A DNA stretch of 64,000 nt, taken from NCBI GenBank assembly GCA_037481835.1, contig JBBFKW010000001.1, forward strand, positions 223,443 through 287,442. The letters run 5' to 3'. Shown piece after piece: positions 1 through 9,935 of the stretch (the stretch's first letter is position 1; every line of letters begins with the position of its first letter). The notes beneath the pieces are model-generated. The model saw only the letters and a program-made list of their open reading frames with translations, was not told where the DNA came from and searched no databases. Made by a program: the position numbers and the translations under genes. This DNA is from Desulfosoma sp. Lineage in GTDB: Bacteria > Desulfobacterota > Syntrophobacteria > Syntrophobacterales > DSM-9756.

Positions 1-876
<876 letters not shown>

Positions 877-905
877 ACCATCCGTGCTGCCTGTGGAACA
901 AGCGC

Positions 906-1175
906 TTAGCTCGTCTGCGCCGCCACAGGATAGACGCTGACCTTCTGGCGCTGCTTGTCCTTGTATTCGAAGGCCACGACCCCGTCGATCAGGGCGAACA
1001 GCGTGTAATCCTTGCCCATCCCCACATTCTTTCCGGGGTGGAACTTGGTGCCCAGCTGGCGCACCAGGATGTTGCCGGCTCGCACGAACTGGCCGCCGAA
1101 CCGCTTCACCCCTCGCCTTTGCCCGGCGCTGTCCCGACCATTCCTGGAACTTCCGCCCGCTTTCTTGTGTGCCAT
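906..1175 (-). CDS. rpmA: 50S ribosomal protein L27
   Basis: [16 protein letters not shown] signature. Confidence 0.99.
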   Translation of the reverse strand: MAHKKAGGSSRNGRDSAGQRRGVKRFGGQFVRAGNILVRQLGTKFHPGKNVGMGKDYTLFALIDGVVAFEYKDKQRQKVSVYPVAAQTS

Positions 1176-1178
1176 GGT

Positions 1179-1553
1179 CTATGCCTCCTCATCCCGCGCA
1201 GTGTCGTCTCGGGAGACGGCATGCTCCGACGTCTGCGGTGCACGGTCCTCGATGCCCTCGATCTTCACAGCCGTGTAGGCTTGTCGATGTCCCTGCTTTT
1301 TGCGGGAATCCTTGCGCCGCTTGTATTTGAAAATGACGATCTTGTCGCCCCGGCCCTGCTCCACAATCCGGGCGCGCACCACCTTGTCGGCGACGAGGGG
1401 CCGCCCCACGCGGATGTCCTCGCCGTCGGCCACAAGGAGCACGCGATCCAAAAGGATCTCATCCCCGGCTTCCCCCGGCAGTTTTTCCAGCTTGAGCAAT
1501 GCTCCGGGCTCGGCTTTATACTGTTTGCCCCCACATTCCACGATCGCGTACAT
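1179..1553 (-). CDS. rplU: 50S ribosomal protein L21
   Basis: [12 protein letters not shown]...KKQGHRQ. GGAGG RBS precedes ATG at 1553. Has a short acidic C-terminal tail. Confidence 0.98.
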   Translation of the reverse strand: MYAIVECGGKQYKAEPGALLKLEKLPGEAGDEILLDRVLLVADGEDIRVGRPLVADKVVRARIVEQGRGDKIVIFKYKRRKDSRKKQGHRQAYTAVKIEGIEDRAPQTSEHAVSRDDTARDEEA

Positions 1554-1612
1554 CGGTTTGTCCTCCGCCCCTGTGCACATTCACGCACCCCGACGCCCCG
1601 TGTGATCCAGAC

Positions 1613-1635
1613 AAAAAAAGCGGCCCGCGGCCGCT
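1613..1635 (-). terminator. Intrinsic terminator-like hairpin after the small Cys ORF
   Basis: AGCGGCC-GCG-GGCCGC followed by TTTTTTT on the minus strand. Confidence 0.65.
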
Positions 1636-1661
1636 CGGCGACAGGCGCATGGGGTGTTCCG

Positions 1662-1787
1662 TCATCTTCGAGCGTCAGTGCCTTTCCGGGTGAGCATCTC
1701 CTGAAACTCTTTCAACTTCTCACAGCTCTCCAGGCACTTGTTCTTGTCCTGATCCTTTTTGTCACAATCCAGACAAGGGCTTCGCAT
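1662..1787 (-). CDS. 41-aa four-cysteine small protein of unknown function
   Basis: MRSPCLDCDKKDQDKNKCLESCEKLKEFQEMLTRKGTDARR*. GGAG RBS upstream, promoter upstream, terminator downstream. Confidence 0.7.
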   Translation of the reverse strand: MRSPCLDCDKKDQDKNKCLESCEKLKEFQEMLTRKGTDARR

Positions 1788-1830
1788 CGTCACTCCATGC
1801 GGGCTCCTTCCAGAAGCGACGTAACGGGGT

Positions 1831-1860
1831 CTTATAAATGGGCGTCCCGGGCTCTGTCAA
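1831..1860 (-). promoter_or_regulatory. sigma70-type promoter
   Basis: TTGACA-N18-TATAAG on the minus strand. Confidence 0.65.
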
Positions 1861-1995
1861 GGCTTTTCCCACGGAAACGGGCCCTCCACACGGGCCTTCA
1901 CAAACGGCGGCGATTGGCTTAAAGAGGCTCTGGAACTTTCGAGCCCGCGGGACGGGCCGCCTTCCAATCCGACTGAGGAAAAAGGACAGACGATC

Positions 1996-3342
1996 ATGAG
2001 CGACCATCAAGCTTCGGAACGCGTCTTTTATCGAAATTTACGAAAATCGTATCCCGTCGTCGACCGCGGCGAGGGGATTTTCATTTGGGATAGGGACGGC
2101 CGCCGTTACATCGACGGTTCGGGCGGCGCCTGCGTGGTGAGCATCGGCCATGGGGTGCCGGAAATCCTTGAGGCCATGCAGGCCCAAGCGCGCCGGATCT
2201 GCTTTGCCCACAGCAGCCATTTTACCAGCGAAGCCGCTTTGGAATGCGCCGATCTCTTGACCCGGATGGCTCCCGACCCTTCGCTCAACCGCGTCTATTT
2301 CCTTTCGGGCGGATCGGAAGCGGTGGAGACGGCCGTAAAGGTCGTCCGGCAGTACTGGCGGGAAGTGGGCAAACCCGACAAGTACAAGGTCATCAGCCGC
2401 TGGACGAGCTTCCACGGAAACACGACAGGCGCCCTGGCCCTTGGGGGCCACACCGGCCGCCGGCGCCATTACCTCCCTCTGTTTCTCCATACACCCCATA
2501 TCGAACCGGCCTATTGTTACCGGTGCCCCTTCGGGCATAAACCCGAATCGTGCCGGCTGGAATGCGCCGACCAATTGGAACGGACCATCAAGTACGAAGG
2601 GCCGGATGCCGTGGCGGCTTTTATCGCCGAACCCGTCGTGGGCGCCACCGCGGGCGCCCTGGTGCCGAAAGACGGTTATTGGCAGCGGATCCGAGAGATC
2701 TGCGACGCCTACGACGTGAAACTCATCGCCGATGAGGTCATGACGGGTGTGGGCCGAACGGGCCAGAATTTCGCCTTGGACCATTGGGGCGTCGTCCCCG
2801 ATGTCATCGTCACGGCAAAAGGACTGAGCTCCGGCTATACGCCTCTCGGCGCGGTCATCGTCAAGGAAGAAATCCACGAGGCCATCCGCCGAGGAACCGG
2901 GGCGTTCGTCCACGGCCACACCTACTGCCAAAACCCCCTGTCGGTGGCCATCGGCGCCGCCGTCTTGCGATACATTGAAAAACATCAGCTCGTGGAGCGA
3001 TCCGCCCGCATGGGCCGCCTCCTCCTGGAGAGCCTCCAGAGCCTTCGAAAACATGCCGCTGTCGGCGATGTACGGGGTATCGGGCTTTTCGCCGGAATCG
3101 AACTGGTCAAAGACAAGGAGACCAAGGAAACCTTCCCGCCGTCGCTCAAGGTGAACGCCCGGGTCGCCCAGGAAGCCTTCCAAAGAGGGCTCATCACCTA
3201 TCCGGGATCCGGCGGGGCCGACGGGATCAACGGAGACCACATCCTGCTGGCGCCACCGTTTATCATCGACGAAGGGGGCATCGCGGAAATCACCCGCATC
3301 CTGGACGACGCCCTTCAAGCGGTGTCGTCCCAGGGGCTTTGA
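1996..3342 (+). CDS. Class III PLP-dependent (omega/beta-amino acid) aminotransferase
   Basis: SGGSEAVETA, SFHGNT, FIAEPVVG, LIADEVMTGVGRTG and TAKGLSSGY (PLP lysine) motifs. Confidence 0.93.
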   Translation: MSDHQASERVFYRNLRKSYPVVDRGEGIFIWDRDGRRYIDGSGGACVVSIGHGVPEILEAMQAQARRICFAHSSHFTSEAALECADLLTRMAPDPSLNRVYFLSGGSEAVETAVKVVRQYWREVGKPDKYKVISRWTSFHGNTTGALALGGHTGRRRHYLPLFLHTPHIEPAYCYRCPFGHKPESCRLECADQLERTIKYEGPDAVAAFIAEPVVGATAGALVPKDGYWQRIREICDAYDVKLIADEVMTGVGRTGQNFALDHWGVVPDVIVTAKGLSSGYTPLGAVIVKEEIHEAIRRGTGAFVHGHTYCQNPLSVAIGAAVLRYIEKHQLVERSARMGRLLLESLQSLRKHAAVGDVRGIGLFAGIELVKDKETKETFPPSLKVNARVAQEAFQRGLITYPGSGGADGINGDHILLAPPFIIDEGGIAEITRILDDALQAVSSQGL

Positions 3343-3348
3343 AGCCCA

Positions 3349-4029
3349 TCAGACCCTGTGGAATTCGAAGCCGGGCAGGGTCAGCCGCTTTTCCAGACCC
3401 TTCAGGACCCCAGTGGCGACGGTGACGAAAAGAAGGTAGACGAACCCGACGGCGGCAAACACCTCGGTGTACTTGAAGGTGGACGAGGCGACGATTTTTC
3501 CTTCGCCTGTCAGTTCGATGCAGGTCACCATGTAGGCCAAGGAAGAGTATTTGATCAGATAGATCCATTCGTTGCCGCATCCGGGCAGAGCGCGCCGCAC
3601 CGCCTGGGGCAGGATAATGTGCACCAGGGTTTGCAGGCGGCTCATCCCGATGGCCTGGGCCGCCAGGATCTGCCCTCGCTTGATGGAAAGGAGCGCCCCC
3701 CGGATGTATTCAGAATGATACGCCCCGCTGCACAGCGTAAACCCGAGGACCGCCGCTTCGTAGGGGGTGAGGTAGACGCCCAGGCGGGGCATGCCGAAGT
3801 ACCAAATGTAGAGCTGCACTAAGAGCGGAAATCCGCGAAAGACGGCCACATAGGCGTCCGCGGCCCAGCGCAGCAGGGAAAACCCGTAGACGCGGCACGA
3901 TCCCGCCAGCACCCCGCAGACAAACCCCAGCACGGCCGACGGGATGATGAGCCGCAACGAGACGGCGGCGCCTCGCAAGAGAGCCGGGGCCAGATCCCCG
4001 TAGAGGAAGAGCAGCTCGTCCGAGATCAC
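3349..4029 (-). CDS. Polar amino-acid ABC transporter permease
   Basis: FRGFPLLVQL and EYIRGALLSIKRGQ (EAA loop); HisM/GlnP type. Confidence 0.93.
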   Translation of the reverse strand: MISDELLFLYGDLAPALLRGAAVSLRLIIPSAVLGFVCGVLAGSCRVYGFSLLRWAADAYVAVFRGFPLLVQLYIWYFGMPRLGVYLTPYEAAVLGFTLCSGAYHSEYIRGALLSIKRGQILAAQAIGMSRLQTLVHIILPQAVRRALPGCGNEWIYLIKYSSLAYMVTCIELTGEGKIVASSTFKYTEVFAAVGFVYLLFVTVATGVLKGLEKRLTLPGFEFHRV

Positions 4030-4778
4030 GGCCGCCCGCCCAATTCGCCGATCTTGGCACAGAATTCACGCGTCCGAGCGCATCGGGCTTCGTCCAGGAT
4101 GATGTCCGGGGGCCCCTGTTCCACGATCCGGCCGTCCTCCATGAAAATCATCTCATGGGCCAGAGCCCGGGCGAAGCCGATCTGATGGGTGGCCATGATC
4201 ATGGTCATGCCGGATGCCCCCAGTTCCCGGATCACGGCATGGACCTCCCCGATGAGTTCGGGATCCAGAGCCGATGTGGGTTCATCCAGGAGCATGACCT
4301 TGGGATCCAAGGCCAGAGCCCGGGCGATGGAGACCCTCTGTTTTTGGCCTCCGGAAAGCTCCGCGGGATACTTGCCCGCATGATCCGCCAAACCCACGCG
4401 CTCCAGTTCGGCCATGGCCCGGCGGCGGGCCGCTTTCTTGTCCATCTTTTTGACCCGAACGAGGCCGATTTCCACATTCCCCAAAGCCGTGAGGTGGTCG
4501 AAGAGGTTGAATTCCTGGAAGATCATGCCCACCTGCTGACGATAGGCGCACAAATCCCTCTTGCGGCTCGGGTCGATGCGCCGGCCTTCGAGGAAGATGT
4601 CCCCGCTGTCGGGAGAGACGAGAAAGTTGATCATCTGGAGCAAGGTGCTCTTGCCCGCTCCCGACGGCCCGATAAGCACCTTGATTTCACCACGCCGCAC
4701 CGACAAGGAAACCCCTTTGACGATTTCCTTGTTCCCGTAGTGCTTACGGATCTCCTGCACCTGAAGGATCGTATCCAT
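4026..4778 (-). CDS. Polar amino-acid ABC transporter ATPase (GlnQ-like)
   Basis: Walker A GPSGAGKST, LSGGQKQR signature, LLDEPTSALDPE. Confidence 0.95.
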   Translation of the reverse strand: MDTILQVQEIRKHYGNKEIVKGVSLSVRRGEIKVLIGPSGAGKSTLLQMINFLVSPDSGDIFLEGRRIDPSRKRDLCAYRQQVGMIFQEFNLFDHLTALGNVEIGLVRVKKMDKKAARRRAMAELERVGLADHAGKYPAELSGGQKQRVSIARALALDPKVMLLDEPTSALDPELIGEVHAVIRELGASGMTMIMATHQIGFARALAHEMIFMEDGRIVEQGPPDIILDEARCARTREFCAKIGELGGRP

Positions 4779-4799
4779 GCTCTCGATGTGAACGGCTCC

Positions 4800-5462
4800 T
4801 TACGCGTAGCCCTTGATGCGGACCTTCTTGTGCACCAGTCCCAAAAGACGGGTCCCGGCGAACGTGAGAACCATGAAGAGAAGGCCCGCGCTGATATAGA
4901 TGGGCAGATGTTGGTAGGTCCGCGACGCCACGTGGTGGGCGCGGGCCATGATTTCCGCCACGCCCAGGGCGTAGGTTACGGCGGAATCCTTGAGCAGGAT
5001 CGCGTACTCGTTGGACCACCCCGGAATGGCCAGCCGCAGGGCCTGCGGCAGAACGATGAGCACGATGGCTTGAGCGTCGCTCATCCCTACAGCGCGCGCC
5101 GCCTTCATTTGCCCCGCCGGGACGGACAGGATGGCCCCCCGCAGAATCTGGGACTGGTAGGCGCCGCTGATGCAGCCCAAAACAATCACGGCCACCGTGA
5201 ACGCGGAAAGGTCCAGTCCGAGGAAGGGGAAAATGCCGAAATAGAAAAGAAATAAAAGGACCAACAAAGGCACTCCCCGGAAAAACCACACATAAAGGCC
5301 GATGAACCGCCGAAGCCACCTGGGGCCGTAAACCGCCCCCACCGCCAAAGGCAAACCGATGCTCAGGCCCAAAGCCAAAGCCCCGGAGACCACCACAAGG
5401 GTGATCCAGGTGCCTTTCAGCAGATAGGGCAGCCCCTCTTTGAGGACGGGCAGAAAGTCCAT
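4800..5462 (-). CDS. Polar amino-acid ABC transporter permease
   Basis: FRGVPLLVLL and ILRGAILSVPAGQMKAA motifs. Confidence 0.93.
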   Translation of the reverse strand: MDFLPVLKEGLPYLLKGTWITLVVVSGALALGLSIGLPLAVGAVYGPRWLRRFIGLYVWFFRGVPLLVLLFLFYFGIFPFLGLDLSAFTVAVIVLGCISGAYQSQILRGAILSVPAGQMKAARAVGMSDAQAIVLIVLPQALRLAIPGWSNEYAILLKDSAVTYALGVAEIMARAHHVASRTYQHLPIYISAGLLFMVLTFAGTRLLGLVHKKVRIKGYA

Positions 5463-5660
5463 CGTCGCCGACCCCTCCGAAGATCATCGATCCCCGACCG
5501 TATCCCGAGTCCTTCTTGGAAAGGAGCCGGGTTTGAAGCGGTTACAGATAACAAAAGGCTCAAGATCGTTCAAGAAAAATGGCGAGATCCGCCGATGGGC
5601 TTCGCGCGCCGTTGAGTGGGCGAGATCGCCAGGGCCGACGTTTGGTCTCTCTTAACAGGG

Positions 5661-5689
5661 TTGCGCCCCATCGTCTTTTTTGATAACCA
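5661..5689 (+). promoter_or_regulatory. Possible sigma70 promoter for the TAXI operon
   Basis: TTGCGC-N17-TAACCA with an extended-10 TG. Confidence 0.35.
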
Positions 5690-5887
5690 GGGAGGCAGTC
5701 CTCAAGAGGCCTGTTGGGTGTGCGGATTTTCCTCGGGGTTTTCTCTTTTTCGCCCGATGCGCCGCGGACCGGTGGCTGCCGCCATTGGCCCGAACGGGCA
5801 TGGGCCCAAGATGAAGGATGCAGGAACGCAAGAAGGGCAGTGCGGCTTCACCGTAAACGGTCACCTTAAAAGAGCAGGAGGATAGAC

Positions 5888-6877
5888 ATGAAGCGTGCCG
5901 GAATGTTTCTCGCCCTTGTTTTCTTGATGGGAACGTTCTTTACCGCCATGAGCCCCGTTTCGTCACAGGCCAAAACGGTTTTCGTCACCATCGGCACAGG
6001 CGGCATCACGGGCGTCTACTACCCCACGGGGGGCGCCATCTGCAAGATGATCAACGACAAGCGGGACCAGTATGGCATCCGGTGCACCGTGGAAGCGACG
6101 GGGGGATCGGTTTTCAACATCAACGCCGTCCTGGCCGGGGATCTGGAGTTCGGCATCGCCCAGTCGGACCGCCAGTATCAGGCGGTCAAGGGAGAAGCGG
6201 AATGGAAGGACAAAGGTCCCCAGAAGGATCTTCGGGCCGTCTTCAGTCTGCATCCTGAAGCGGTGACGTTGGTAGCTGCGGAAGATGCGGGGATCAAGAC
6301 CGTTGCCGATCTCAAAGGAAAACGCGTCAACATCGGCAACCCCGGATCAGGCCAGCTGCAAAATTCCATCGACGTTCTGGAAGCCTTCGGCATCAGTTGG
6401 GAAAAGGACATCAAAGCGGAACAGGCCAAAGCGGCGGAAGCCCCCGGGCTGCTTCAAGACGGGCGCATCGACGCCTTTTTCTATACCGTCGGCCACCCCA
6501 GCGGCGCCATTAAGGAAGCCACGGCGGGACACCGCAAGGTTCGCTTTGTGCCCATTGAGGGAGCGCCCGTGGATGCGCTGATCAAGAAATACCCCTACTA
6601 TGCCAAGGCCGTGATTCCCATCGCCATGTACGAAGGAGCCGCCAACAAGGAAAACGTGCCCACGGTCGGCGTCAAGGCCACGTTCGTCACCTCCTCCAAA
6701 ACCCCGGACGATGTGGTCTATGCCATTGTTAAGGAAATCTTCGACAACCTAGACACCTTCAAGACTCTGCACCCGGCTTATGAGGTCCTGACCCCTTCCA
6801 GTATGCTGGAAGGGCTTTCCGCTCCGTTCCATCCCGGTGCGGAGAAATACTTCAAGGAAAAAGGGTTGCTGAAATAG
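5888..6877 (+). CDS. TAXI-family TRAP solute receptor
   Basis: Signal peptide, then IGTGGITGVYYPTGG, TGGSVFNI, GNPGSG and HPGAEKYF motifs. Confidence 0.95.
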   Translation: MKRAGMFLALVFLMGTFFTAMSPVSSQAKTVFVTIGTGGITGVYYPTGGAICKMINDKRDQYGIRCTVEATGGSVFNINAVLAGDLEFGIAQSDRQYQAVKGEAEWKDKGPQKDLRAVFSLHPEAVTLVAAEDAGIKTVADLKGKRVNIGNPGSGQLQNSIDVLEAFGISWEKDIKAEQAKAAEAPGLLQDGRIDAFFYTVGHPSGAIKEATAGHRKVRFVPIEGAPVDALIKKYPYYAKAVIPIAMYEGAANKENVPTVGVKATFVTSSKTPDDVVYAIVKEIFDNLDTFKTLHPAYEVLTPSSMLEGLSAPFHPGAEKYFKEKGLLK

Positions 6878-6986
6878 GGTGCCATCTCGAGGCGGCGGGA
6901 TCCGCCCCGCCGCCTCCCCTGCACCTCAACCCGATCCCCAACGTCCGCCTCAGAGGACACCGCCCATTTCTCTTAGAGGGAGGCCC

Positions 6987-9062
6987 ATGACCCCCGATCC
7001 CAAGGACAAAGACGCCGGTCTCGAATTGGCGCACAAACTGGCCCAGGAAGAGACCGGAGGGACTCGAGCCACCCGGGGTTTTTCCAAATACGTCGTTGCC
7101 ACCGTCGGTGTGGCCTGGTCCCTTTTCCAGCTTTCCATCGCCAGTTGGCTCATTCTCGATTCCTGGTATGTCCGAGCCATCCACCTTGCCTTTGCCATCT
7201 TCATCGTCTACATCAGCTTTCCCATGTTTCGCAAACCGCGGTTGGGAATCTCCTTCTGGGCCGCCACCGACCGTGTTCCCATCATGGACTGGATTCTCGC
7301 CCCCCTTGCGGCCTTTGCGGCTCTCTACGTCATCATCGATTACCAGGGCATTATCATGCGCTATGGGGCGCCCATCCCTCGGGACATCGTTATGGGCTTC
7401 CTGCTCCTCGTGCTCCTTCTGGAAGCCGCCCGGCGGACCATCGGACCCGCCCTGTCCGTGATCGCCTTGGTTTTTACGCTCTACGCCTTCTACGGCCCGT
7501 ACATGCCGGATTTCCTCGCCTTCAAGGGCGTGTCCCTGAACCGGTTCGTGGGCCAGATGACCATGTCCACGGAAGGCATCTACGGGATCCCTCTGGATGT
7601 GTCGGCAACCATTGTTTTTCTGTTCGTGCTTTTCGGGTCCATGCTGGAAAAGGCGGGGGCGGGGCATTTTTTTATCCAATTGGCCTTGAGCCTTTTGGGA
7701 GGGTATAAGGGCGGTCCTGCCAAAGCGGCCATCTTGAGCAGCGGGCTTACGGGCTTGGTTTCCGGATCCAGCATCGCCAACGTGGTCACCACAGGCACCT
7801 TTACCATCCCGCTCATGAAACGCGTGGGCTACCCTCCCACCAAGGCGGCGGCCATCGAAGTGGCGGCCAGCACGGACGGCCAGCTGGCGCCGCCCATCAT
7901 GGGCGCCGCGGCCTTCATCATCGCTGAGTATGTGAGCGTCCCCTACATCGCCGTGGTGAAAGCGGCGGCGATCCCGGCCTTCGCCTCCTACGCGGCGCTC
8001 CTTTTCATTTCCCACATCGAGGCCTCCAAGCTGGGCTTGAAAGGGCTGCCTCGGGAGGAACTTCCGCCGTTCTTCAAGACCTTTCTGAGCGGATTGCAAT
8101 ACCTGGTTCCTCTGGTCATGCTGCTCTACGAGCTCGTGGTCCTTCGGCATACCCCTCAATCCTCCGCCTTTAACGCCATTTGGGTCCTGGCTCTGCTCAT
8201 GATTGCGCAGCCGTGCGTTCGCGCCCTCAAGGCCGGGGAACCGATCTTACCGGCGTTGAAAAAGGGTTTTACGGACATCCTGGCCGCTTTCGCTTCCGGA
8301 GCCCGAAACATGGTCAGTGTGGCCATGGCCACGGCGGCGGCGGGCGTGATCGTCGGCGTGGTGGCCATGGGTTTGGGAGGCTTGGTCAATCAGATCGTAG
8401 ATGCCTTGGCCGGTGGAAACATTTATTTGCTCCTCGTCATCACGGCCATAGCCAGCCTCATTATCGGCATGGGCCTGCCCACGACGGCCACCTACATCGT
8501 TATGGCATCGCTTACCGCTCCCGCCATCGTCACCGTGGGAGGCGCTTACGGCTTTGAAGTTCCGCTCATGGCGGCCCATCTGTTTTGTTTCTTTTTCGGC
8601 ATTCTGGCGGACGACACACCCCCCGTGGGTCTCGCGGCTTACGCCGCCTCCGCCATCGCTCGCTCGGATCCCATCCGGACGGGCTTTCAAGGTTTCATGT
8701 ATGACATCCGCACGGCCATCTTGCCGTTCATGTTCATCTTCAACCACGATCTCATCCTTCACGGCGTGAACAGCTGGACCCAAGGGCTGCTCATTTTCGC
8801 CATGGCGTGTTTCGGCAATTTCGCTTTCGCCGCCGCCACCCAAGGATGGCTCATCACCCGAAACCGCCTCTATGAAATCCCGTTGCTGCTCGCCGTGACC
8901 CTCACCCTTATGCGCCCCGAGCTCATCGCCTCTTGGTGCGGCGTTTCCTACGAAAACCGCTATTGGATGTACGGGCTCGGAATGGGCCTTTTCGCCGTCA
9001 TTTACCTTTTGCAGAGGCTCCGCCTCCCGAAGGGCGTGTCCCGGGACGCAGCCCAGAACTGA
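6987..9062 (+). CDS. TRAP transporter fused 4TM/12TM (DctQM) subunit
   Basis: GGPAKAA, TGTFTIPLM, GQLAPPIMGAAAF and GMGLPTTATY motifs. GGAGG RBS precedes ATG at 6987. Confidence 0.95.
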   Translation: MTPDPKDKDAGLELAHKLAQEETGGTRATRGFSKYVVATVGVAWSLFQLSIASWLILDSWYVRAIHLAFAIFIVYISFPMFRKPRLGISFWAATDRVPIMDWILAPLAAFAALYVIIDYQGIIMRYGAPIPRDIVMGFLLLVLLLEAARRTIGPALSVIALVFTLYAFYGPYMPDFLAFKGVSLNRFVGQMTMSTEGIYGIPLDVSATIVFLFVLFGSMLEKAGAGHFFIQLALSLLGGYKGGPAKAAILSSGLTGLVSGSSIANVVTTGTFTIPLMKRVGYPPTKAAAIEVAASTDGQLAPPIMGAAAFIIAEYVSVPYIAVVKAAAIPAFASYAALLFISHIEASKLGLKGLPREELPPFFKTFLSGLQYLVPLVMLLYELVVLRHTPQSSAFNAIWVLALLMIAQPCVRALKAGEPILPALKKGFTDILAAFASGARNMVSVAMATAAAGVIVGVVAMGLGGLVNQIVDALAGGNIYLLLVITAIASLIIGMGLPTTATYIVMASLTAPAIVTVGGAYGFEVPLMAAHLFCFFFGILADDTPPVGLAAYAASAIARSDPIRTGFQGFMYDIRTAILPFMFIFNHDLILHGVNSWTQGLLIFAMACFGNFAFAAATQGWLITRNRLYEIPLLLAVTLTLMRPELIASWCGVSYENRYWMYGLGMGLFAVIYLLQRLRLPKGVSRDAAQN

Positions 9063-9080
9063 AGGGGAGAACGCTTTCCC

Positions 9081-9929
9081 ATGGAAAAACTGATCATCAC
9101 GGTGGCCTTGACCGGCAATGTCCCCACCAAGGACATGAATCCCTTCGTTCCCATGACGGCCGAGGAAATCGCCCAGGATGTGCGCCGGTGCGCTGATGCG
9201 GGAGCCGTGCTTTTCCATGTGCACGCCAGGGACGAAAATCGACGGCCCACGTTGGATCTCGCCCGTTATAAAGAAAACGTCCGCCGTATCAAGGAAATCG
9301 CCCCGGAAGTGATCATCCAGCTTTCAACGGGGGCTCGGGCCGGCAAGGACTGGGAAGCCCGGGCCAATCCCGTGAGGCTTCTGCCGGAGATGGCCTCCTT
9401 TACCACGGGCTCAAACAACCTGCCGGGGATCGTGTATGAAAATTCGCCCCAATTCATCGAGTTCCTGGCCGGGGTGTTCAAGGAAACGGGTGTCAAACCG
9501 GAAATCGAGGTGTTTGAAACGGGCATGATCAACAACGCCCTGCATCTCCAGCGCAAGGGCCTCATCGCTCCGCCGCTCCATTTCGACTTCGTCTTGGGCG
9601 CCCCGGGTTCCATGCCCGGATCGGTCAAGAACCTGCTGTTCCTCTCCGAAAGCATCCCAGCGGGCTCCACCTGGAGTGTGGCCGGGATCGGCAAGATGGA
9701 AATCCCGTTGGCCACCGCCGCCATCGTCATGGGGGGGCACGTGCGCGTCGGTCTGGAAGACAATCTGTTTTTGCCCGACGGATCCCCGGCCTCCAACCCC
9801 AAGCTCGTGGAAAAGGTCGTGAGGATCGCCCGGGAAACAGGCCGAGACATCGCCTCCCCGGATGAAGCCCGTCGCATCCTGTCCCTGGATCCGGCCCGAA
9901 AGGACCTCATCCTCACCATGCTGGACTGA
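9081..9929 (+). CDS. Beta-keto acid cleavage enzyme (DUF849/BKACE, Kce family)
   Basis: LIITVALTG, HVHARD (Zn ligands), LSTG, KPEIEVFE and GGHVRVGLED motifs. Confidence 0.93.
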   Translation: MEKLIITVALTGNVPTKDMNPFVPMTAEEIAQDVRRCADAGAVLFHVHARDENRRPTLDLARYKENVRRIKEIAPEVIIQLSTGARAGKDWEARANPVRLLPEMASFTTGSNNLPGIVYENSPQFIEFLAGVFKETGVKPEIEVFETGMINNALHLQRKGLIAPPLHFDFVLGAPGSMPGSVKNLLFLSESIPAGSTWSVAGIGKMEIPLATAAIVMGGHVRVGLEDNLFLPDGSPASNPKLVEKVVRIARETGRDIASPDEARRILSLDPARKDLILTMLD

Positions 9930-9935
9930 TCGGCC

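Noticed and set aside
5785..5802. sigma54 promoter before the TAXI gene (TGGCCCGAACGGGCA)
   Set aside because: GG-to-GC spacing is 9 nt rather than the required 10.
5692..5887. Canonical lysine riboswitch upstream of TAXI-BKACE
   Set aside because: Key conserved motifs (AGUA loop E, GAAAGG, CUGUC) are missing. Kept only as a weak structured-leader candidate.
9081..9929. Calling the DUF849 gene kce (lysine fermentation)
   Set aside because: It lacks the amine-binding Glu in the TGAE motif, and no other lysine-fermentation genes are present.
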